A DNA stretch of 64,000 nt from Octopus vulgaris (lineage: Eukaryota): NCBI GenBank assembly GCA_951406725.2, contig OX597816.1, forward strand, positions 57,102,001 to 57,166,000, written 5' to 3'. Below the pieces are notes generated by a model. That model was not told where the DNA came from and searched no databases. It worked only from the letters and a program-made list of their open reading frames with translations. The stretch's first letter is position 1. The number at the start of each line of letters is the position of its first letter. The position numbers were made by a program, and so were the translations under genes. This document shows positions 51,500 to 64,000 of this stretch, piece by piece.

Positions 51500-52335
51500 T
51501 GAATGTCATTATTCAATTTTATTTCAAGATTTCTTGCTAATAGAGAAAAAGGAAGTTTCTAACACAGATTCAAGGTTCCTTCATTGGAATTTCAACATCA
51601 ACAACAGGGTATGTATGTATGTATGTATGTATGTATGTATGTATGTATGTATGTATGTATGTATGTATGTATGTATGTATGTATGCATGCATGCATGTAT
51701 GTAAGTAGGTACAGATTTGTATGTATGTATGTGCAGATTTGTATGTATGTATTCTCATGCATATAGTTGCTTATCTAGACATGATCATATATATTTAAAT
51801 GATAAACTTCTGGAAAGTTTTACAGATTTTTACAGTTCCAGTGATGGATTGGCTCTGTAGTCTTCGAATTGGTTTTCTCCTTCCTGCTTTTGAGAAGCCT
51901 AATTTCTCAAGATTAGTATTTAGGCAGTGTGTTACATATCTCAGGGCCCCAATAATAACAGGTATAAACCTGAACTTGTAATCTGGATAGAGTAACTTCA
52001 GATTTCCCAGTAGTTCAACATAGGTGTTCTTTTATCCACTGATCTTCAGCTTTATGCTAACATCCGTTGAGCAGCTAATTTCCACAACTGTGCACAGTTT
52101 CTCCTCTCTATCCCAAATCATTATATTAGGTCTGTTGTGCTTACACTTTATCAAGGTCTTCACTGGTACTATTTCCTTTTTATGAGTGGTTATGGCTTAT
52201 ACCATACGGTTGATACTTATTTCTTTATCCTCGGGGTTATCCTTTCGACGGACGGACTTCGTTATACAGTGTCCTAACTACAACATCATTCCTCATCGGT
52301 AGATAATTACCGCGATGACATTTTCGGACAATTGC
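51500..52335 (-). mobile_element. RLE (R4-like) retrotransposon 3' fragment associated with (TACA)n
   Basis: Minus strand HNRPNIMIWDREEKLCTVVEISCSTD; 3' UTR homologues at 55920-56125 and 14590-14680. Confidence 0.72.
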
Positions 52336-52654
52336 TTATGTATGTATGTACGTGCGTACGTATATATATGTGTGTGTACGTACATGTGCATGCATATATG
52401 TGTGTGTGTGTGTGTATGTTTATTTTAAGTTATAATACATTAAACTGAAGGATTCTTCGATAATTTTGCAGAGTATAAAATTATTGTTCTTTAACAAGAA
52501 TAGCATTGACAGCGACTTCCAAATTTTGGCAAACTAAACAATCATCGGACAGTCCGGTGATGGCTAAATGGGACGAAATTTGATAGTTACTGGTAGTACC
52601 ATTCTTGTTAAAGAATGATATATATATAGATAGATATACACAAAAACACATACG

Positions 52655-52753
<99 letters not shown>

Positions 52754-52799
52754 AAGTTGGGTACAAAAATTCAGGGTGAATACTTGATAATTGTAAGCA

Positions 52800-52979
52800 C
52801 CTGTATATACCATTTAGTGGTGTAGGTGATAGAGTATATTAATCAAAATAAAATCATGATGCCAAGGATTCAGCGGTACATATGTTTCGGGCCTTTCTTA
52901 GACGGTTTTATAAAGAAGGCCATAGACACACATTATGCATTGTTATAAAACCGTCTAATAAAGGCCCGAAATGTATGTA
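52800..52979 (-). mobile_element. Penelope-like fragment with inverted end and hammerhead 3' half
   Basis: 37-bp IR 52877-52913 / 52943-52979; minus strand ggccc GAAA catatg TA ccgc. Confidence 0.6.
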
Positions 52980-53157
52980 TGTATGTATGTATGTATGTAT
53001 GTATGTATGTATGTATGTATGTATGTATGTATGTATGTATGTATGTAGTTGTATGTATGTATGTATGTAGTTGTATGTATGTAGTTGTATGTATGTAGTT
53101 GTATGTATGTATGTATGTCGTTGTATGTATGTATGTATGTCGTTGTATGTATGTATA

Positions 53158-53423
<266 letters not shown>

Positions 53424-54077
53424 ACCTATACCTTAAGTGTAAAGTGAAGACAGTAAGAGACTAGCAAAGCAAATTACAAATGACTAACAGAAAAAGTATT
53501 GCTCTTTATTTCCCAAGAAAAATGTTAAACTTTAAGATTTTGCCACAGAGGTCTATGATTTGGCTGTTGTTTCTAGCGGGTCAAGTTACTATGTCAAAGT
53601 TCCCTTCTTGATTTGTTATTCTCAAATTGAAGAAATCTTTTTGCTCGACAATTGAAATAAACGTCTACCATGTCACGTGTTCTGGTCAGATGTTACTGAT
53701 GACGTACTTTGGTTACTATGGTTTCTATTGTTTAATGTCACCGAGATTACTGGTATCATTGACTAACAACACAATACATGGTATTATTATTGTTGTTGTT
53801 GTTATTGTTGTTCTTTGTTATTAATTTCTGAAAATGAAAGCCGACAACAATACTTGCAGTTCGTTCTTACACAATCAACGCCACACAATGAAAATATGCT
53901 TTACAATGGTCGCAGGAATTCGTGTTGTAGTTGCTGCAGCTGGTGTTGTTGTTGTTGCTGGTGGTGGTGGTGGTGGTGGTGGTGGTAGGGAGTACATATC
54001 TACAGCTGTTGATGATTGTGTTGATGATGGTAGTGATGGCAGTGATGGTGATGGTGGCGTTGGTGCGGTGGGGCCTA

Positions 54078-54426
54078 GTTAGAACATTCTTCAGGTTGAG
54101 TAGCCCCCATCCCGCTCAAAAGGTCCCTGAACAAGGTTTGTGTAAGGATGTTGAACGAAACACCCAGGTTTCCAAAAGTGAATTATCCAAACCCCAAATA
54201 ATTCCTCTCAACACATGGCTATGATGCTCCCCCACTACTTCTGCTCGTGATCAGTAAGTAAGGGACATGCCCAACTGGTTATGGTCAAACAACTGACAAG
54301 CAGATTGAGAAGAATATTTTCTGTAGCCCTTCTTTTACACCAAGACAAAACAATGCACAGGATAACACTTCCAATCAGTTGAGATCAAAAGCCATGAGAG
54401 CCACTGTCTGGTATTGCATCAGGGTA

Positions 54427-54428
<2 letters not shown>
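54078..54428 (-). mobile_element. Copy of the (TAA)n-associated repeat at 4185-4700
   Basis: caggttgagtagccc..aaaaggtccctgaa..cttctgctcgtgatcag; abuts (TTA)n. Confidence 0.7.
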
Positions 54429-54489
<61 letters not shown>

Positions 54490-55189
54490 GTTGTTGTTGT
54501 TGTTGTTGTTATTACACTTCCGTTATTTCTGGACTTTCTAGTTTTTGTCGTCATAATCGTCATCGTATTCGTCATCATGATTATCATCATCATCATCAAC
54601 AACAACAATAATAACGTCGATGTCGTTATCATTGCAATCATCGTTACTCTACGCTTGCATTTCTTTTTCTTTATTATTTTGTTCTCTTGAAACCTATTTG
54701 GGAAAGACACAGATATGATGCTCGTCTGTTTCTATGAGATCCAGAGACAAACAGACAGACGGAATAAAGGGATACTTTTTATACGTCGTCCTGCTCTTCC
54801 TCCGCCCTCTTCTTCCTCACTGTGACGATTCCAACCTGGACATGTTACAGCTATACGTCCCACCCATCCTCATTAGGGACACTGAGTGACGAGGTTCTTA
54901 ATCTCTACCAGTCACTTGTAACTGACAAACTAGCTGCTTCTCAGAATCATGACAATGGGTGCAGGGAAGGGGGAGGTTATGGGGATGGGATTATAGTGTC
55001 CGGTTGATCCACCACCACCCAACCATTGTGGATTATCATTTAACCCGTAAAAACAGACTGGCTTTTGGATTTTTGAAAGTGTCCTCACACAAACCACTCG
55101 GTCGTGTGGGTCCTGATTATGGTGCCAAGTGAAATAAGCATTGGAGGTGCTTTGCTCCACGCAGAAACGGCAGGAATTACTCAAACGTA

Positions 55190-55397
55190 CAGTAATCCGT
55201 CGACTATCGCGGGTAATACGTTCCAAAACCTCCCACAGAAATAATTAAAATCTAGAAAAAAATATAAATGCCTATCGACCGCAGAAACCCGCGATGTACT
55301 GAAGAGTCCACGATATAAATTTACGTACATTAGCCAGAAAAATCCGCGATGTACTGAGTGCGTGATACGTGAACCGCGATATGGCGAGGGATAACTG
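55190..55397. mobile_element. pogo/Tigger-like MITE
   Basis: TA|cagtaatccgtcgactatcgcgg ... ccgcgatatggcgagggataactg|TA; same family as 48741-48825. Confidence 0.82.
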
Positions 55398-55414
55398 TAT
55401 TCCAAAATCTTCTC

Positions 55415-55557
55415 TAATTCCATCGCAATATCGAAAATCCTTCTGTATCATAAGCAGCTCACTCAGAGCCACAAAGGTTTCGCCCCTCACCCTGTGCACT
55501 TCGCCCCAGTGGAACAGCGAGGACAGAATTAAGATTTGTTTGCGAAAGGGTTCCACC
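55415..55557 (-). ncRNA. Candidate aged HDV-like ribozyme
   Basis: P1 GGTGGAAC/GTTCCACT with G.U first pair; L3 TCCTCG; GG after P1; P2 taattc/gaatta preceded by CGAT; P3 imperfect. Confidence 0.42.
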
Positions 55558-56213
55558 TGCGGTCTGTTGTCAGCCACAATCACCTTCATTTGGCTTTAGC
55601 TGCCGTGCCTATCACCCTGGGGGTTTTCTTCAGCACCCTGGGTACCAGACCTATCTTCTGCAGGAAGTTTTCTCGGACCTTTTCTTGGTCAGATTTTTAT
55701 GTAACACTCTAACCTATTAATTAAACATCCTTACTAGAAAGGCACAGTTTTAAGGCACTGAATTCCTACACACAAACACATATACATATACACAAACACA
55801 TATACATACATACAAACATAGATACACACACATATACATACACACATACACAGATACATACACGAAACACAGATACATACACGAAACACAGATACATACA
55901 TATATACATGTGTGTGTGTGAAAAATCTGTAGAACTTTCCCGAAGTTTATCATTTAAATATCTATAAGCATGTCTAGATATGCAACTATATGCATGAGAC
56001 TACATATATAAAGCAATACATGCATACAAAAATACCTATTGTTGATGTTGAAATTCCTTGGATCTAGGTTAGAAACCGGCTCTTTCTCTATTGATAAGAA
56101 ATTTTGAAATAAAACTGAACTATATCATACATACATGTGTGTGTGTGAGTGTATGTGCATATATATGTGTGTGTGTGTGTGTATGTATTTATATATGTAT
56201 GTAGAAACATATA

Positions 56214-57039
56214 CAGCGTCGGTGTGTAAATTGTCGCCATTTTATATTTATAATTTTGCGCATGTGCTTTGTTTGTTTTTTAATTCTATCGACTACACAG
56301 TATAGCATGGTCAGTTGGGCACCGTTTGTGACCAAAACAGCACAATGGCGCAATTTGCTCTGCCAGAAAATTTCGAAACGACATCTTGTACTGCTTAGAA
56401 TTCGGGCCGGAAACTCCAATACGAACAATTCAGAGTGTTTGAGTGTCCATCCGAGAACAGTGCAATCTGAGGGCATGTACCGGAAGTGATAAAAATCAAG
56501 CATCCAATCAACATCATGGTGTTTAGAGTGATCACTAGTGATAGCAACGTTATGCATTCATTCATCTTACCACATGACCTCAGACTCAACATGGAGGCTT
56601 ACATCGAGTGCCTGGAGGAGGTAGCGTTGCCCTGGGTGAAAAGGGGTGGGTGCTGGAAGACCCATGTCTGGCAACAGGACTCTGCGCCATGCCGTACAGA
56701 CAGGAGGACCCACTCATGGCTGTCAGAAAATTTCTGTGTTGGGCCGCATTTGAGCGAGAGACCAACAAAATTCCTTGTAACGCCAAAGATGAACTGAAGG
56801 CAAGGATTATGGCAGCATTCACCGACTTAAACAAGGAGATCGTCCAGAAGTGTTTCAGGAGATTCCGAAGTTGTCTGGAGGCCGTTGTTGAAGCCAATGG
56901 CGATTTTATTGAATAAATTTACTCTTTAGTATTGCAAGATATTTTGATGTAATTTTGGTAAATACAACCGTTAGAATGAGATGTCAGTGCTATTTTCATT
57001 TTTGCGTAATTTAGACGACAATTTATTCGCCGCACCCTA
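56214..57039 (+). mobile_element. Second maT-like Tc1/mariner deleted copy
   Basis: Collinear with 49501-50379; KHPINIMVF, WQQDSAPC, EAVVEANGDFIE; TA flanks. Confidence 0.9.
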
Positions 57040-57054
57040 TATATAAAGACTTAT

Positions 57055-57282
57055 ACTCTTTCTCTTTACTCTTTTACTTGTTTCAGTCATTTGACTGCTG
57101 CCATGCTGGAGCACCGCCTTTAATCGAGCAAATCAAACCCTGGACTTATTCTTTTGTAAGCCCAGTACTTATTCTATCGGTCTCTTTTGCCGAACCGCTA
57201 AGGAACGGGGACATAAACACACCAGCATCGGTTGTCAAGCAATGCTAGGGGGACAAACACAGATACACAAACACACACACGC

Positions 57283-57315
<33 letters not shown>

Positions 57316-57470
57316 TACGACAGGCTTCTTTCAGTTACCGTCTACCAAATCCACTCACAAGGCTTTGGTCGGTCCGAGGCTATAATAGAAGACACTTGCC
57401 CAAGGTGCCACGCAGTGGGACAGAACCCGGAACCATGTGGTTGGTAAACAAGCTACTTACCACACAGCCA
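57055..57470 (-). mobile_element. SINE family 1, full length
   Basis: Nearly collinear with 32200-32610. Confidence 0.9.
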
Positions 57471-57788
57471 TACTTACATACATACTTATATGCATACATA
57501 TATACATACGAGCAAGCATATTATGCATACATACATACATACATACATACATACATACATACATACATACATACATGCAGTGTAGGGAAAGAGGATGTAA
57601 GATAGAAGGCGGAACACGTCCACGTCGTAATATTTTGTCAACAGCTAAGAATTGATATGAAATACTAGCAGCAGCAATAACATTAGTTGTAGTACATAAG
57701 AACAATACATATGTTTGTGCGTATATGTGTGTGTATGTGTGCATGGCTCCTGGTTGTCTGTATGTGTGTATATACATACGTGTGTGTA

Positions 57789-57839
<51 letters not shown>

Positions 57840-58156
57840 GCAAGGTTCCCTAATTGGATGGTACATGTCAGCAATGTGGCAACACCTTTGTGTTTTCTGT
57901 CATTTCTGTGAAAATTACTTCATATCTATGATTAGTGCTACATAATGACGTGTGTGTGTGTGTGCGTGCGTGTGTGTGTGTGTGTGTGGGTGCGTTGAGT
58001 CATTATTGTTTGTGGCAGGAAACAACGTTCCGTTTGGCGAAACTAACAAATCGGATAAGAAGGCTTAGGAGAAGAATTATCACCAAACATATGTTTTAAA
58101 TGATAGGAAAGCGCACAGCAGAAACCTTACACACACGCACACACACTCACTCACAA

Positions 58157-58204
<48 letters not shown>

Positions 58205-58931
58205 CCACAGACTCTCATACACACACACAACCGTACACTGACACACGCACAAGTGACGGTTAAAAAGAGATATACCTTGCCCCCAAGTTGTTTCGGGTTC
58301 GATCTTACTGTGCAGCACCTTGGCCCATCGTTGTTTAACAGCATTATAGGTCCTTAATGCCCTATATTAGCACCCCCTACAATCATAACCACGCCTACAT
58401 AGATTTGGTTATGACCCTTAGAACCGTCCGACCCTGTGCAAATGGCCGATGTATCGAAGGCCTAAGACGGCACTGCCCTGGGACAAGTATCTTCTACAAG
58501 TTGCAGTCTCGGAGCGATCAAAGTGAAACCTTTGTTGACAAACTCTCGAAGCGAGTCGAGAAGAGAGTTCTTGTTATGAAGGTCGATTTAATGATTTATG
58601 GTTTAACATCGCCAAAAGCTGGTTCTTGGCACCTTTAGCTGGGCCCATTAAGTTGCAAATATTAAACACGGAGCCACCCCAAACACAAACATCCTGAAAA
58701 AGATCCGAAAGCATAGCTCTTCCTCCTATGAGTCAACTATTAATCATTTGCGCTTTTCCTGTGCATTACTTGTCATACACAGGGCATATTTTCTTGGCGT
58801 CTATGCATCATAAATGATAGACATTCCTAATTTTTCAACCACCAGAGTAACTTGAAACTTACGATTGTAAAACTTCATATTACTCAGAACGGATGAAAGA
58901 AGGACTAATGTATCTCTATAAATATATGCAT

Positions 58932-59180
58932 GTGGAGGTGCGTGGCTTAGTGGTTAGGGTGTCAGCATCATGATCGTAAGATTGTGGTTTCGATTCCTGG
59001 ACTGGGCGACGCGTTGTGTTCTTGAGCAAAACACTTCATTTCACGTTGCTCCAGTCCACTCAGCTGGCAAAAATGAGTAACGCTGCGATGGACTGGCATC
59101 CCGTCCAGCTGGAGAACATATACACCACTGAAACCGGGAAACCGAGCCCATGAGCTTGGCTAGGTTTTAAAAGGGTGCAA
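58932..59180 (+). mobile_element. tRNA-derived SINE (family 2-related head)
   Basis: A box tggcttagtgg; B box gtttcgattcc. Confidence 0.8.
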
Positions 59181-60096
59181 GTAAGTATGCATGTAGTGTG
59201 TAGTCTGTGATGCACAGGGTTACAAGCATAAATGTTTAGGAGAAATTTATGAAAATGCTTTGGATAGTTAAAGGGTTAAAAAAGATTACAACTTAACAAA
59301 AAGTAATATATGCAGAGAAAAGATCAAAGTCAGATTCTTGTTCGTTTACTGAAGATAAAAAAGGTTGAGGTATTGCCGTGTGGTTAGAAAGTTGGCAACC
59401 GCGTGAATCGGGGTTCGATCTCTCAGTATGGTTCTTTGTGTAATTGTTTCTTGCCATAACCTCGGATTAACCAAAGTATTGTGGATGGAATTTGGTTAAT
59501 AGAAACTGTGGAAGTCGAACGTAAATATCATTGCTGTTCTTGGGTGTTACATTTAATTTATCACTCACTTTAATGTCATAATGTGACCTTTTAGTGTGAC
59601 CTCAGTCTGAAATATTCGGCCCAGGAGTCTGGAGTAAGGATAACTTCTTCGCCCTGCCTCCCACCCAGAACCCAAAGACCACGAACGCTACTTTTTGTTC
59701 TGTGATTAAGCGATAACCCAACTGTCTTTAATACCAAGAGATATTAAAACAAGAGAATTCGGCAAATGAGAAAAAAATATCGCGAAATATTTCTCTTACA
59801 ATAAATGTTACTGGACAGTAGACTGGTGGTGTCGCTAGAGCTTTCGGACAAAACACTCTGAAGTATTTCTTCCGGCTCTTTACATCGCGAGTTCAAATTC
59901 TGTGCAGGTCAACTTCACTTGTCATCCCTCAGTGGTCGATAAAATAAATAAACAGTCAAATACTGAGAATGTGTTAATCTCAAACACCTTTCTTCAAATC
60001 TCTGAGCGTGTGCCTATCTCAGAAAGAACTAGTTTTTGTAATGTTATAGTTGCTGTTGTTGTTGGTGTTGATGATGATTGTGGTGGTCGTGGTGGT

Positions 60097-61316
60097 GGCA
60101 ATTCTGTATTCTTGAGTGTTGTTCCGACAATTCTGTATTCTGGAGTAACTTTCTGGCAATTCTGTATTCTGGAGTGGTGTTCCGGTAATTCTGTTTTCTG
60201 GAGTGGTGTTCCGGCAATTCTGTATTCTGGAGTGGTTTTTTGACAATTCTGTATTCTGGAGTAATATTCTGGCAATTCTGTATTCTGGAGTGGTGTTCAG
60301 GCAATTTTGTATTCTGGAGTAATATTCTGGCAATTCTGTATTCTGGAGCGGTGTTCTGGCAATTCTGTATTCTGGAGTGGTGTTCCGGCAATTCTGTATT
60401 CTGGAGTAATGTTCTGGCAATTCTGTATTCTGGAGTGCTGTTCTGGCAATTCTGTATTCTGGAGTAATGTTCTGGCAATTCTGTATTCTGGAGTAATGTT
60501 CTGGCAATTCTGTATTCTGGAGTGGTGTTCAGGCAATTCTGCATTCTAGAGTGGTGTTCAGGCAATTCTGTATTCTAGAGTGGTGTTCTGGCAATTCTGT
60601 ATTCTGGAGTGGTGTTCTGGCAATTCTGTATTCTGGAGTAATGTTCTGGCAATTCTGTATTCTGGAGTAATATTCTGGCAATTCTGTATTCTAGAGTGGT
60701 GTTCAGGCAATTCTGTATTCTGGAGTAATATTCTGGCAATTCTGTATTCTGGAGTGGTGTTCCGGTAATTCTGTTTTCTGGAGTTATGTTCTGGCAATTC
60801 TGTATTCTGGAGTGTTGTTCTGGCAATTCTGTATTCTGGGGTAATGTACTGGCAATTCTGTATTCTAGAGTGGTGTTCCGGCAATTCTGTATTCTGGAGT
60901 AATGTTCTAGCAATTCTGTATTCTGGAGTGGTGTTCTGGCAATTCTGTATTCTGGAATAATATTCTGGCAATTCTGTATTCTGGAGTGGTGTTCTGGCAA
61001 TTCTGCATTCTGGAGTGTTGTTCTGGCAATTCTGTATTCTGGAGTGGTGTTCCGGCAATTCTGTATTCTGGAGTGCTGTTCTGGCAATTCTGTATTCTGG
61101 AGTAATGTTCTGGCAATTCTGTATTCTGGAGTAATATTCTGGCAATTCTGTATTCTGGAGTAATATTCTGGCAATTCTGTATTCTAGAGTGGTGTTCTGG
61201 CAATTCTGTGTTCTGCAGTAATATTCTGGCAATTCTGTATTCTAGAGTGGTGTTCAGGCAATTCTGTATTCTGGAGTAATATTCTGGCAATTCTGCATTC
61301 TAGAGTGGTGTTCTGG
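60097..61316. repeat. 29-bp minisatellite, about 42 units
   Basis: Unit ggcaattctgtattctggagt(g/a)(g/a)t(g/a)ttct; the 29-aa periodicity in the ORFs equals 3 units. Confidence 0.95.
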
Positions 61317-62344
61317 TGTTCTACTTTCTAATGTAACAGGGACGTGTCATCACATTGATTAAAAATGAAATAAATATATATACTTCGACGGAGACAAACT
61401 AAAGTACCAGTTATATGCTGGATGCCACTCAAAGAACGAAAGTCATGTGTTCATCATCGTCATCATCAACATCCTCATCTTGTCCAATATGTCCTTCCCT
61501 TTTTTTAAGACGGTAGTGTCTGATATGAGAAATTTGACAGCTACTTTTAGCAGGTCAAGTACTTGTATAAGAGGTCCCACCGTTTTGTTGTTGTTGTTGT
61601 TTGCAACTTCCCCGTCAACATCCTCGTTGCCATAGTAACTATCATTATTACTGTTGTTGCTGTCGTCGTTTTAATCACTATTACCATGGTAACCATTATA
61701 AGTCAGTAAGACTTGTGACTAAGTTGTTGCTGTTATTGCTTTTGTTGTTCTTGTGGTGGTGGCGGAGGCGGCAGCGGCGCCACAGTGGTCGTCGTCGTTG
61801 TTGTTTATAATCATTAATGACTCTCGTAATCATCCCCTCGCGAACAACTTGTCTAAGTCCATCGTGTAATTCTCGACTGTGTAATTAGCACCACCACAAC
61901 CACCCCCACACACACATAATTCCCAGCAATTAAATCCGGCGCCACAATAGGAGTGAAGCAAAATAAAATAGAATAAAAACTGGCGGTGATTATGTTTAAG
62001 ATTTCCTGACATCGCGGTTAGGTGGGTGTTCAGATGAATCGGTTCGAATTTAGAGAAAAACTGAAACAATTCGAGCAATATCAAATCGTCAAGCGAGTGC
62101 CACCATGAGGCAGAGGCCCACTGGGCAGATGTCCAGCGAGGGACAGGAGGAACGAGTCTAAAAGGGGCCGTTGTTAATGTGTGTTGTGTATGAAGAAGCT
62201 TCATTGCAGGGTTTCACCTTCGAGGGCCTATAATCCTGTTAAAACGGCACTAGTCTAGTCTTGTCTTATAAAATGTACATCATATATTTGCTGATGATTT
62301 TTAACATAAGTTAATTTACTAAGAAACATGATGATGATGATGAT

Positions 62345-62800
62345 GATTCTTTTATTAGCCACAAGGGCTCACGTACAAAACATTAATTGACATACAACAA
62401 CACAGACAAAAACAGGACGATACAATGGGTTTTCAGCATGTATACAATGTAATAACAATAAAAATTGAACAAATTAAAACTCCCAATAGGGGAGGCGCTT
62501 TAAAGTCCTCGTGGAAAACCCCACAAAGGCCACGGGTGCCTGAACAACAGGGCAAGAGCCCTTCTCGTTTTTTTTTTTTACAGGTGCACGCTCAGAATTG
62601 GTCCTTTCACACTGGCCATTCTTCCAATATTCACCTACCTTTCAACAAACTTGCTAGAAGGCAACACTTCCCTTTCCACTCTCAAATTAATTTTCAAGTG
62701 AAACTTGGAAAAGTTGATGGGGGCTTGGCCAAAGAGGAAAGTGTCTGTCTTAAGCCCTTTCAAACGGGTCCACCATACTACCTCTTTTGCTACAGCCACT
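62345..62800 (-). mobile_element. L1/Tx1-like LINE 3' end next to (TCA)n
   Basis: Minus strand VWWTRLKGLKT..FHLK..VERE; 3' end cttgtggctaataaaagaatc; similar ends at about 4780-4805 and 1835-1860. Confidence 0.5.
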
Positions 62801-62814
62801 AGACAAGTAAGAAT

Positions 62815-63255
62815 TGCCTGCTCCTCCCGACAGAACGATCCAGGTTAATCGACCAGACATAATTATTAAAAACGGAGAAGAAAATACTTGTACACTAATA
62901 GATGTAGGTGTTCCCACTGATAAAAAGTACATCTGTAAAGAAATTTGACAAACTAAGTGAATATAAGGAGCTGCAAATTGAAATACAAATGATGTGGCTT
63001 CTTAAAGCTAGATTTGTTCCAGTTATTGTAGTTGCCCTTGATATGATAAAAAAAAAAGGGATGTCAGAAACATCTGGAAATAGGAGAAAAACCTATCTGT
63101 TTAAATGTCTGTGTTGTATTAAATGAAGATATTTCTCTACTTCCCCTCCTCAAGCTTTGTCATACTGTAACATCTCTTATCCTTCACTCGCCCCAGGACA
63201 CTGGGTGTGTCTCGGCAACTGACTGTAACAAACATGCAGATTAAAAGTAAAAATG
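62815..63255 (+). mobile_element. R4/Dong-like RLE fragment
   Basis: DRTIQVNRPDIIIK..LIDVGVPTD..KLSEYKELQIEIQMMW..VPVIVVALDMIKK. Confidence 0.8.
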
Positions 63256-63259
63256 ATAA

Positions 63260-63399
63260 TACATTATTTACATTTGACTGTTATTGTCCTCATCTTGTTT
63301 GTTCTTAACTCAACGTTTCGGCTGATATACCTTCAAGCTTTCACCAGGTATCTTGGAGAAATTTAGAACCTGGGTGCTCATTCTTAAGGCATTTTTCGA

Positions 63400-63485
<86 letters not shown>

Positions 63486-63574
63486 TCACTGCCTGGAATC
63501 GAACTCAGAATCTTGGGGTTAGTAACCCGCGCTCTTAACTCCAAGATTCCGAGTTCGATTCCAGGCAGTGCCCC

Positions 63575-63606
<32 letters not shown>

Positions 63607-63778
63607 TCGAAAAATACCTTAGGGGTGAGAACCCCGGCTCGAAATTTTCCCCAAGACACCAAATAAAGGCTGGAGGGTATATCAGCCGAAATGTTGTGTT
63701 AACAACAAACAAGATGAGGACAAATATCCGTCAAATGTAAATAATGTATGGTACATAATTCCTCCTCTCTTAAATATA
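63260..63778. mobile_element. Head-to-head dimer of tRNA-headed hammerhead element (family E)
   Basis: Whole region is an inverted repeat; tRNA-like centre 63484-63575 (B box gagttcgattcc); (AAT)n; hammerheads at 63307-63352 (-) and 63655-63700 (+). Confidence 0.85.
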
Positions 63779-64000
63779 AAATTGTATTAATAATAATAAT
63801 AATAATAGTAATACCTGATGCAATACCAGCCACTGGCTCCCATAGTTTCTGATCTTAATTGATATAAAAGATAAAATATTCTGCTCAGTACCATAGATTT
63901 TCTTGCCAGTTGCTTGACCCTAACTGTTCGAATGGGACCTCTTATACAAGTGCTTGACCTGCTAAAAGTAGCTGTCAAATTTCTCATTTCAGACACTACC

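Noticed and set aside
60097-61316. CRISPR-like array or repeat-protein gene
   Set aside because: Units are contiguous with no unique spacers and no cas genes; eukaryotic context; ORFs arise in all frames
61830-62204. 124-aa minus-strand ORF in unique sequence
   Set aside because: No recognisable domain or splice context; length attainable by chance

Overview
Eukaryotic, AT-rich, microsatellite- and transposon-dense DNA; the SINE families look like those of Octopus (coleoid cephalopod), which is recognition from memory and not a database result. I find no intact host protein-coding gene, and nearly all ORF-track entries are microsatellite or repeat artefacts. Recognisable coding remnants are all mobile-element pseudogenes: R4/Dong-type and CRE-type RLE retrotransposons, RTE, CR1/L2, L1/Tx1-like and maT-type Tc1/mariner. 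There are also many tRNA-derived SINEs, MITEs (piggyBac-, pogo- and possibly Merlin-like), a non-autonomous Helitron and a 29-bp minisatellite. The most striking hidden layer is RNA structure. At least 15 minimal type-I hammerhead ribozyme motifs (CUGANGA...GAAA...UH, intact or decayed, about 7 sequence families) have self-complementary helix III and mostly sit in Penelope-like fold-back elements next to (TA)n. They include two identical 60-bp copies 10.6 kb apart, a tRNA-headed hammerhead element found as head-to-head dimers, and a 541-bp partially tandem unit. A further family of fold-back elements carries an unidentified multi-hairpin motif with compensatory changes (candidate new structured RNA or ribozyme), and there is one aged HDV-like fold. 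Weak signs of a host promoter (about 12.1-13.1 kb) and minus-strand splice sites are reported at low confidence.
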